Assembly (NCBI GenBank): GCA_044347345.1
Contig: JBIKUX010000017.1
Span: 1 to 60,139 of the forward strand
Source: Bdellovibrionota bacterium
GTDB lineage: Bacteria > Bdellovibrionota_C > UBA2361 > JBIKUX01
Length of the DNA: 60,139 nt
Direction of reading: 5' to 3'
Made by a program: the position numbers and the translations under genes. Shown here piece by piece: positions 9,650-18,500 of this stretch (the first letter of the stretch is position 1; the number at the start of each line of letters is the position of its first letter). A model generated the notes under the pieces. That model searched no databases, was not told where the DNA came from, and saw only the letters and a list, made by a program, of their open reading frames with translations.

Positions 9650-10135
9650 ATGATCTACGCGTTATTATTTATCCATTTTCTTCTATGTTTTATGCTGATC
9701 GGTTTAGTGCTTCTTCAGCAGGGCAAAGGAGCGGAAATGGGTGCTACGTTGGGAGGTGGTAGTAACACTCTTTTTGGAGCGGGTGGTGCTACTTCATTCG
9801 TAACAAGACTTACAACTGGTACAGCTATCGCCTTTATGGTGACCTCAATTTTACTGGTAAGAAATTACAGTAGTCTCACTCTTCCTAGTAAGCCTGGTAG
9901 TGGTGACGTTTTACAGGGTGCCCTCCTACAAGAGGAAACTCCTACTCCCTCTCCTAGTCCTACTCATACTCCGACGCTTCTTGCTCCCACTACTACTGCC
10001 TTACCAGCTGTGACTGGTTCACCTGTAGCTACAGTAATTGCTACAGTAAGTTCTGCTGCTCCGAGTCCGGTAGCTACAATTGGATCTACTGTAGCTGTAA
10101 CTTCGACTGTAAAGGTGACTCAGAATCCAAAATAA
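9650..10135 (+). CDS. secG: Preprotein translocase subunit SecG with a long Pro/Thr/Ser-rich tail
   Basis: LIGLVLLQQGKGAEMGATLGGGSNTLFGAGG and two TMs. Followed by tRNA-Leu, as in the secG-leuU arrangement. Confidence 0.93.
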   Translation: MIYALLFIHFLLCFMLIGLVLLQQGKGAEMGATLGGGSNTLFGAGGATSFVTRLTTGTAIAFMVTSILLVRNYSSLTLPSKPGSGDVLQGALLQEETPTPSPSPTHTPTLLAPTTTALPAVTGSPVATVIATVSSAAPSPVATIGSTVAVTSTVKVTQNPK

Positions 10136-10260
10136 TTGATAAAAGATTTGAGTTAGAAACTTATCTTTGGATAAAAGCTTGAAAAATGCTGTAGAAAGGG
10201 TATTTTCTGAGCATGGCATACCATACTGTAGATGTGGTTTGTATTTTCTTGCACTAGTGT

Positions 10261-10344
10261 GCCCAGATGGCGGAATTGGTAGACGCACCAGCTTGAGGGG
10301 CTGGCGGAGGCAACTTCGTGGAGGTTCGAGTCCTCTTCTGGGCA
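10261..10344 (+). tRNA. tRNA-Leu(GAG), CCA not encoded
   Basis: Acceptor stem GCCCAGA/TCTGGGC plus discriminator A. D-arm GGCGGAATTGGTAGACGC, anticodon arm CCAGC-TTGAGGG-GCTGG, long variable arm, T-loop GGTTCGAGTCC. Confidence 0.97.
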
Positions 10345-10347
10345 GTT

Positions 10348-11256
10348 TTAAAGCCAAAAGTCTTTAACTAGATTAAGCTCGTTTAAGCTCACTTGAAATT
10401 CTCCGGTTTTCTTTGGAACAATTACGGTGTGAGTGATAGGCATTCCGGCAGTCAACTGTTCAAAACAGTACTCACCAACTTGTGGCACGGGGCGCACTTC
10501 TAAGACCCTTGCCTTTGGTGGAAGATGCATTGAGTGAGTTAAGGCCGCTCCGTGAGGCGTAAGTATGTGGCTAGAGCGTCTAAAAAGATTTATCTGCTCT
10601 TTTAATGGCAGAGCTTCGAGATAGACACAAGTGAACCCCTGCTTATCCAAATATGGTAGTAGTTCGTCTTCATTTGATAGGTGGCGTCTTCTAGCTAATT
10701 TTCTCGATATATAAAGTTTAAGATCTGTAGATTTTGATTGGTGAGGATCTGTGGGAAAAAGTTCAGTAAAAAAAAAGGTTACTATTTTGCGCTTTTCCTG
10801 ACTCCAATCTGGAAAAATTGGCGACGGAATTCTAAGTTCCTCGACTTTGTACCATCCTGAATCAAGAATTAGCGTCTCAGTTGCTAGGGCAGAAAAAATA
10901 ACTTTTTGAGCGGGAGATGGCGAACCATTTAATAGCAGGCGAGGCTTTGTATCTTTAATTGATAGAAGTAGAGGTAAAAGGTCTGTGACTGTATGGTAAA
11001 AATTATCTCTATAAATAGATACTCCCAAGCACCAAGAACCACTGAGATATTTAACTGGAGTTTTTGGTTCAATACCTAGCTTTTGACGCTCTTTTATATG
11101 TCGTAAACATCTACCACAACATGGTTGTAGTGATGTGTCGCTAAGATGCCAACGACATCTTCCGAGATTATACCAAAGTTTTTCTTCAAGACGAATCAGA
11201 CCGTCCGGCACCGATAAAAGTGCGTCTTTTATTGAGGTACCAGAGAAATTAGACAC
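10348..11256 (-). CDS. Glycosyltransferase family 61 (DUF563) protein
   Basis: NFYHTVTDLLP, LYISRKLARRRHLSNE, EQINLFRRSSHILTPHGAALT. Confidence 0.85.
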   Translation of the reverse strand: MSNFSGTSIKDALLSVPDGLIRLEEKLWYNLGRCRWHLSDTSLQPCCGRCLRHIKERQKLGIEPKTPVKYLSGSWCLGVSIYRDNFYHTVTDLLPLLLSIKDTKPRLLLNGSPSPAQKVIFSALATETLILDSGWYKVEELRIPSPIFPDWSQEKRKIVTFFFTELFPTDPHQSKSTDLKLYISRKLARRRHLSNEDELLPYLDKQGFTCVYLEALPLKEQINLFRRSSHILTPHGAALTHSMHLPPKARVLEVRPVPQVGEYCFEQLTAGMPITHTVIVPKKTGEFQVSLNELNLVKDFWL

Positions 11257-11321
11257 CTAAGCCTTTTAGTCACTCATAATCTAAATCAGTAAGAATGATT
11301 TGCACCGAAATCTATTACCGA

Positions 11322-13022
11322 TTAGCTCCTGTCGATAAATTCAGCTCTACTAGTAGCATCAGGTTGTGAACCAACTGATCTAAGAAGAGGTCTGAGAGTA
11401 GAATCTCTGCCTGCAGCCTCGGAAGCTATCTCATGCGAAAGGAGACGATAATTAATATGCCCTCCCGGCCGGACTCTTAGCTGAGTAAAATAGCTTAACT
11501 CCTTTACAGACCCATGCATATGGAAAGGGGTGGTCTGAGCAAAAGGGATGCATTGTAAGGCTAATGTTGACGGTAACCATGTTACGTTATCTTCAATCAT
11601 TGAGAGAGTAGCTTCTGCTTGATCAAATAAACATTCTAGATCTTTGCTAAACTCGTCTCCGATTTGTTTTAGCTGTGGGTGATGAGAAATGTATAAAGGT
11701 AATACATAATCTCCAAATCTTAGGGCAGTTGTTGCTGGTCGACACGATAAAATTGGTATGAAGCGCCCCCAAGCTCTGTGACGATTCAGATCGCGAATTT
11801 CACTTATGCTGCAAGTAATCTCAAATGAGCACTGATTTGTTCGATATGATGAACCCATTTGATTGTGGTGTGTGTATACAGCAAACGCACAATTACTCAG
11901 ATCCTCCATAATTGTTGGTGAGCAATTTGATAACCAACCAAATACATCCTTAGTATTTGCCCATGGAGCTATCTCAAGACAAAGTTGTGTTAAAGTTTTA
12001 AGCCCTATTGAAGTATCCCACAGTGTAGTGTCCACATGACATGTAACCTCTTTTCGTTTGAATGAGGTTGGTATCCCAAGAAAAGGGGCTTTATATTTAA
12101 TTAACAGGGTATGTAATTGATCAAGCACTGAGCTAGTAGTTTCATCGGCATTGGTATACCGAATTAGCTCAGCAGCCTCTGCAACGTAACCTATTTTTTT
12201 GGCAAAAGTTGCTTCGGGCGCAAGAAGTGCCTCAATTTGTTCTGCAAGACAATTTAATAAGGGGTCAGAATCTCCCTTAAATAGAGCTATGAGACGAGCC
12301 CACTCCCTAGCAGAAGTGACCCACGCTAATGAGGTTCGGTGTGACAGACCGGAAAGTAAAAAGGCTCTAGCTGTATCAAAAACTCGGGCTTTGAGTGCGC
12401 TTAATTCTCGCTGATTGTTTTTATCTATAGTAAAAACTTTGCTATATTCCTCGGTTAATTTGGCAGTCCACTTGTTAAAAAGAGCAAGCGATGTGCTCTG
12501 AAGTGATAGAAGCTGATTATTTATACAAGAAAATTCCTCATTACTTCCACCTTGAATTACTTGGTTAGGTAATAATTGTTGGAGAGGAATAGGGGAGACT
12601 CCTCTAGCAAAGTTTTGGTATCTGGTGGATCTTTCTTGTCCGGCACCAACTGAAGTTTCATAGAAGAAGCGTAAGGCATGAATAGAGGAAATATTTTCTA
12701 TGTAACAAAAAAGAAGTGCCATATCAGCTACGGAAGCATGACCGTAGCCTCTAAAAATTGAAGCAAGCTTTTTTTCTGCTACATCAGAGTGATCAACAAC
12801 TTCGCTGAATATCTCTTGTACAGAGGCATCAGAGCGTGAATATCGAGCTCCTGCAAATGCTACAAGTGAGGCATAGGGTAAGCTATTACTCGGCAAAGCT
12901 GTTCTTACTACGACGCCAGTGCGTGTATCTTTCACGCTTAAAAGAGCTATGCCGTTTTTACCTAACATTTGCAAGGAAAACTGCAAGTTTGAATTGGTAG
13001 GATAGAGAATATAAGAATCCAT
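11322..13022 (-). CDS. thyX: FAD-dependent thymidylate synthase, two-domain (tandem) type
   Basis: ARYSRS, GYGHASVAD, QERSTRYQ, DTARAFL, RDLNRHR, QLRVRPGGHINYR. About twice the length of single-domain ThyX. Start uncertain. Confidence 0.82.
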   Translation of the reverse strand: MDSYILYPTNSNLQFSLQMLGKNGIALLSVKDTRTGVVVRTALPSNSLPYASLVAFAGARYSRSDASVQEIFSEVVDHSDVAEKKLASIFRGYGHASVADMALLFCYIENISSIHALRFFYETSVGAGQERSTRYQNFARGVSPIPLQQLLPNQVIQGGSNEEFSCINNQLLSLQSTSLALFNKWTAKLTEEYSKVFTIDKNNQRELSALKARVFDTARAFLLSGLSHRTSLAWVTSAREWARLIALFKGDSDPLLNCLAEQIEALLAPEATFAKKIGYVAEAAELIRYTNADETTSSVLDQLHTLLIKYKAPFLGIPTSFKRKEVTCHVDTTLWDTSIGLKTLTQLCLEIAPWANTKDVFGWLSNCSPTIMEDLSNCAFAVYTHHNQMGSSYRTNQCSFEITCSISEIRDLNRHRAWGRFIPILSCRPATTALRFGDYVLPLYISHHPQLKQIGDEFSKDLECLFDQAEATLSMIEDNVTWLPSTLALQCIPFAQTTPFHMHGSVKELSYFTQLRVRPGGHINYRLLSHEIASEAAGRDSTLRPLLRSVGSQPDATSRAEFIDRS

Positions 13023-13032
13023 GTTTAACTAC

Positions 13033-13530
13033 TTAAGCAGCACTAGATTCTATTTTGGAAGAATTTGAGTTATTTTGCTGAGTTTTTTCAGCAGAGTTAT
13101 TGCAAGGGTCATTATTTAACCTCATATCTAATTCACCAAGCTCGTAGAGCAAAGCGAACGGATATATACCAGTGTCGTGACCGTCTCCCCATCTCATACC
13201 GAGAGCATAACGCCCTATAGCCCAAATGTTTTCTAAACGAAGTTCTTCTTGAGATGTATGCTCTACAACTTTTAGTATCGCTGACTTTTTGACACTAGCC
13301 GTAAGCGGGGCATCATGGGAAGAGTCACCTCTCTTGGCTCTACTTACGGCTGAAGGGCAGTGCTCTCTTAGTGTAGCACTTGAAATTTGATGAAGAGTGC
13401 CGTCACTCCATTTTATTATGATTCCGGCACTGCCGTTTCTCTCAATTCTAAGGGGCTTTGCTGATAATGGTCGTTTTTTATCAGAGAAATTAGCGTTAAA
13501 TTCAAAATGATTAGGAGATTCTGATGACAT
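13033..13530 (-). CDS. DUF971 / GBBH-like N-terminal domain protein
   Basis: IKWSDG, LREHCPSA, IGRYALGMRWGDGHDTGIY. Confidence 0.85.
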   Translation of the reverse strand: MSSESPNHFEFNANFSDKKRPLSAKPLRIERNGSAGIIIKWSDGTLHQISSATLREHCPSAVSRAKRGDSSHDAPLTASVKKSAILKVVEHTSQEELRLENIWAIGRYALGMRWGDGHDTGIYPFALLYELGELDMRLNNDPCNNSAEKTQQNNSNSSKIESSAA

Positions 13531-13790
13531 GACCGTATTCTTTCTGCTATTAACTAACCTATTAATAGTAAATGAAAAATCATGGTATTGCTATATTTTG
13601 TGCAGTTTCCTCCAGGATTTAATTCCCAATGAGAAAGTGCTGTATCAATAGCAAATAAAGTGTCAATAATAATAACTAAAAGGTTTAGTAAGTAATGATA
13701 ATTAAGATTTATTAGTTAAGACGATAATTCCGACAAACGTGTATTAATTTGGTTAGTACGCTAAAAAAACAGGATAATAATTACCGCCGT

Positions 13791-13828
13791 AATTAATTAA
13801 TAACCCACAAATTAATTAATAATCCACA
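13791..13828. repeat. Two 19-bp tandem direct repeats upstream of the orphan RelA/SpoT-like gene
   Basis: aattaattaataacccaca (13791-13809) and aattaattaataatccaca (13810-13828), one mismatch. Confidence 0.75.
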
Positions 13829-13859
13829 GTGCTGTATTCGTGAGATAATTAATTTAACA

Positions 13860-15557
13860 ATGCTACAAACCACGAATTTTTTTGAAGCGACCCCTCAGCC
13901 GGGTTCTTTACCTCCCTTACCTAACCAATATCCTAGACTTGATTTTTATCGTAAAATTTATGACCCAGGCCAACTTCCAGAGCAATCCGAAGTAGATGCC
14001 CAGATTGATGATCTAATAAAAAGGTTATGCGATTTACCCGGCACTCAGGAGCGTAGTCAAAATAACGGAGAACCTCCCGTAGGGATTCGTAGACAAGACC
14101 TTATCCTTGAAAGTATCAACCAATTTATTAAGTCAGGTATATTAGAATCACAGGGGCAAGATGGGAAAGATGATGGGAAAGATAACTCAGGGATTAAGGA
14201 TTTAATATATGAATTTAAAAATTTATATAATGCCGAACAGAGAAAGTCGCATAACCGCGAAATCGCAATAAACTTACTAGAGAGATTTTTTTATAACTTT
14301 AGCAACTTAAACCCTGAAGAAGGGCTTATTTTAGCAGTACAACTTTTAGAAAGATGTGAACAACTTTTGTGTTGTAACGAGTACATAGAAAAACAACAAC
14401 AATTGTTAGACAATTTAAATCCGCAAGTTATTTCAAATAACGAGGGGGATATATCAGTTTATAGAAACCCACGAAGTTTAATTTTTCCTGGAATTCTTGC
14501 ACGCCTAAAAAAAATATTAAACGATAAGCAATTATTACTAAACTTGGAGAAGTTAGGACTAAAAGAAGAAACACTTTTCAATAAAATCGGGCGTTGTTTT
14601 GCCAAACATTTATTAGAAAATTTTGATGCTTATTGGAAAACTAATGTAGCATATACAACAAATGATAGTTCTAATGATAATAATTGTGCAAACAAAAGCC
14701 CAAGTTTTAAGGGTTATCTGACGATACAGAAGATAAATATAGGATCTCTGCAAAACTTGTTTTCCGTTTCAGACCGAATAAGATCAAAGCGTCACCTCGC
14801 ATCCAGTTTGCAGTCGATAAAACAGTTTGTGGGTGATTTTTCATGTATTCAACATATTTCAAGTTGGTTTGAGTATAAACCTATACTTGGGTCTCAGATT
14901 ACAAGTGTTAAAACACGCATTAAATCGTTCCTTAGTGTTGTTCAAAAGGATAAGCGCCCCAATAGAGGAGGATACGGTTTAATATTCGATCAGTTTGGGA
15001 TAACTGTTTATGTTAAAGATAAAAACTTAATACCAGAGGTTTTAAAAAAACTTTTTAGCAATTACTACAATTTTGGTGATGAGCTAGGTACTAATTTAAG
15101 ACTTAAGAGACTAGGAGCTCAGCCAACTAAGTGGGATTCGGGGGATACTACATTAGATACTGATATTCAGTACTATGCTGTGTTTGTAGATGAAAGCGGA
15201 CAAATGGTAGGACCACCTTTTGAGCTTAGAGTCTCGTGTAAAAATGATAAGCTAAGTTTTCCGAATAATTTCCTGCCTAAGAATCTTGACCCAAGGCATA
15301 TAATAATAGTGCCTTACAAAATAGAAAAATTGGAAGGGAGAATCGAAACTCCTAAGACTCATCTCCTTGCTACAGGAAAGGAGGTTCCGGTGCAAAGAGG
15401 TGATCCGGAGCAAATAGGTGAGTCGAGTGGAGTGAATAACTCATCAAACACACAAGAACTATCCCCAAAGCATCACTTATTTTATAAACAAGATATAAAC
15501 TCTAGGAGTGGTTTATCTGAATTAATAAAATGGCTAATGAACAAATTGTATTTTTAA
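13860..15557 (+). CDS. Hypothetical protein with a divergent RelA/SpoT synthetase-like (nucleotidyltransferase) domain
   Basis: RIKSFLSVVQK (aa 353-363), DQFG (D377), ELRV (E455) and HHLFYK (H538) occur in the order of RSH synthetase motifs. N-terminal ~340 aa unrecognised. Confidence 0.55.
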   Translation: MLQTTNFFEATPQPGSLPPLPNQYPRLDFYRKIYDPGQLPEQSEVDAQIDDLIKRLCDLPGTQERSQNNGEPPVGIRRQDLILESINQFIKSGILESQGQDGKDDGKDNSGIKDLIYEFKNLYNAEQRKSHNREIAINLLERFFYNFSNLNPEEGLILAVQLLERCEQLLCCNEYIEKQQQLLDNLNPQVISNNEGDISVYRNPRSLIFPGILARLKKILNDKQLLLNLEKLGLKEETLFNKIGRCFAKHLLENFDAYWKTNVAYTTNDSSNDNNCANKSPSFKGYLTIQKINIGSLQNLFSVSDRIRSKRHLASSLQSIKQFVGDFSCIQHISSWFEYKPILGSQITSVKTRIKSFLSVVQKDKRPNRGGYGLIFDQFGITVYVKDKNLIPEVLKKLFSNYYNFGDELGTNLRLKRLGAQPTKWDSGDTTLDTDIQYYAVFVDESGQMVGPPFELRVSCKNDKLSFPNNFLPKNLDPRHIIIVPYKIEKLEGRIETPKTHLLATGKEVPVQRGDPEQIGESSGVNNSSNTQELSPKHHLFYKQDINSRSGLSELIKWLMNKLYF

Positions 15558-18500
15558 ATTAAAGAGCGAAGTTTTTTTTCAATCCAGGCACCAGTAAAAG
15601 CTATCTGATGGTGGTGCTCTACTGTACGTCTGGCCCAATCTCCAAGTTCTATGGTTAGCTTTTTATCGGTAAAAAGGGAGCGCATTTTTTTGGCTAAGTC
15701 TAAATAGCTAGGCTCAGCCCACATCATATCTCTACTAAAATGGAAGTGTTCTAAAGTATGGTGCACATCGATATTTACCAAGCGCTCTACTTCAATAAGT
15801 AAAGCGTTTTTATCGGATAAAAAATCTAACGGAGCTCCCCATCTCGTGGCAATTATCGGTAGCCCACATGCCATAGCTTCAAGATAGGTAAGTCCAATAC
15901 CTTCGCCTCGAGATGGAAGAACGTAAGCGTTACAGCTCCGGTATAAACTTGGTATGTCGGTATCAGGAATATAGTTCTCTAAAAGGGTTATTTGAGGGGC
16001 TTTATCCCACGTCTGATTGTATTCCGCTAGGAAATGGTTAATGCGTTTATTTAATTCGGGAGCCTTAAAAATATCTGGTTCTGATCTTATTATTAGTTCT
16101 ACGGTTTCATTTCGTGAAAATTCCTGAATAAAGGAGCGGAGAAGAATGTCCCATCCTTTGCGATTATTCCATGTAAAGATAGATAAAAATCGGAAGTTTT
16201 TTGACTCAGGAAGTAATTTTTGTCCTTTTGGGTTGAAATGTGAGGTATCAACACCGACTGGTACAACATGAATTTTGTCCGCCTTAACACCCGAATTAAT
16301 AAAGACTGTTCGACAAAAAGTTGAGGTAGTCCACACTTCATCCATAGCGTTACATTCTTTCACCCATGTATCAGGAATTCTATCGGCTTCAAACTTGGTA
16401 AACCCGATAAAATAGTTAAGATGTGGGTGTTTAGCTTGAAATTGAGTAAAGCATTCACCATTATTTGGTTTAGTGGGGGTGTCAAAAATTATCCCTATGC
16501 CTTTTTGGGAGTGATTAATAGCATTTGTTCGGTTAACGGCACCTGTGCGTTGGCATCGCTCAGACAGCCACTTATACTTATCCGGGTCACTTCCGTTTAA
16601 ACTATCTATATAAGTTTCATTGTAGTTTGACGGAGATATATTAAAAGGAATTTGATAAATAGCTAACTGAGTAACAATATTTCTTGCTAAGCTAGCGCAT
16701 TCACCAAAATCAAAGATATTAGAGTGCCATACTACCCTACTAGATGTTTGAGACGAAAGATCCTGAGATGTAGCAAGCTTTTCAAGTGGTGAAAATATTA
16801 ATTCAATTGGTGAATTTTGAGCATCTGTTCGTGTAGGTACTAGACTAACCATTTCATTAACGTGAAGTTGCTCTGATTTGTAGCTGGGTGATATTTGAAG
16901 AGATAATTTTAAAGATATTCCCGGTTGGTCTAATTTAAGTTCATGAGAGATGTTATTTTCTAAAGTGACTCTTACAACTCTTTTTTCTGTTGATGTATCT
17001 GATATTGGCCGCCTGATTATAAAATTAAGGAGCTGATTTACATCTCTTATATTAGCCGGTACGGTAACTGTTATAGGTGTAGTTAAAGATACAACATTGT
17101 GTTCGCTAGAGTAAGAACCTCCAGTGACTTCTAGATTATAGATCGTAAGACAACTACTACCAGATTCTTTATTGTCTTTTATTACGGATCTGCCATTTTG
17201 TGAGTAAGAGTCATCACTTTGTAATGCTACGCAATTTGGCAGCGGGGCGACATGCCAAGATTTTTCTTTAGCTAATTTTATTAATCCCTCTAATGTTTCT
17301 TTAGATATGGAAGGGGAGAGGGAACTCCAGTTAATATTTTTAGCAAGATTTGAATGGATCCCAAATATTTGAGGAGCTAGTGAGAATGACGGATAGGTAT
17401 CAGAGTAATCAAGTAAAACTTTAATGTTGTTATCAACTATTGCAAACCAATCAAGAAAGCGCGATTTATCAGGATTTTTTATGCTTGGTACCCAGACGTG
17501 AGGAATTGATTGTTGGTCAGAGTATTTTGCTAACTCGCCTATGAAATTTGGTTCTATAGCTGTTATTCCTCCACTTATAAAAATAATGTGGGGCATTCGG
17601 GCAGCTTGTGAGCCTTGCTCGTAATAATCTATACACTCCTTCTTGGAGTCTAATGTGGAAGATCCGCCAAGTACTAATATTTCATAGTTGGTTGAACATG
17701 ACTCCCGAATACTTTTAAGCAAGTCATCAAGAGCCTGATTTTGGCTTAAGTTATGTGGTAGTAAAATTGCAAAAGTAACTCCAAATGGTGAATCAGCTAC
17801 CAAATCCTTATTATTTAGATCTATGCCCTCCTGATTGTGCAGTTGTGGCGATAAATTATCATTTAGATGAGCTTCGACTTGTTGTGCTAAGGTAGTAACG
17901 AGTGGCTCAACTTCTAAATTATTAAATTGTTTGTAGCTTATGCTTGACGGTTTAAATGAAATTGGACGATTTAAAGTTTTGGCTAAATTTTTAAGTCCAA
18001 CTCGGTAAGCTGATTGCTCTGGAAAAGAGCAAATTATTTGATTTGCGTGTAAAATTAAGTGTGAGAGAGCGCGGTAGTGGGTAAAAGAGCCTACTATTAT
18101 AGGTGGGCTACCCCATATTTCACTACATTTTATGTTGATAGTTTGAAGTGATGCTAAGTCTGGATTAAGCCGAAACGATAGTACGAGAGCGGGACGATTA
18201 TCACTATGTTTGGCATAGTCAGGATCATCAGGAAAATATTCGAGTAAATGTTGTGCTGATTCCGCTATGATGAGGGTGAGGTTTGAGTTAATAGTTGTGC
18301 TAAGACTAGTTAGCTCGGATGCATGTATTTCATAAGTTAAGGTTTCGCTTAGTGCAAAAGAAGGGGTAATAATCGGCACTTTTTTTGACGGCAGAGCATG
18401 GTCGTCCCACGCTATGACTAGACTAACGTCCCATTTATCGCACCATTCATCTATTTCTTTTTGATTTTCGGAAGTCGTATTTGTAACTAGTCGAGTAATA

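Noticed and set aside
10019-10367. ORFs 10019-10357 (-) and 10167-10367 (+)
   Set aside because: They overlap tRNA-Leu, and their translations (PRRGLEPPR, GGIGRRT) are typical tRNA shadow ORFs.
14160-14183. 12-bp duplication gatgggaaagat x2 (DGKD-DGKD)
   Set aside because: It is a short in-frame slippage in a probable linker with no evidence of function.
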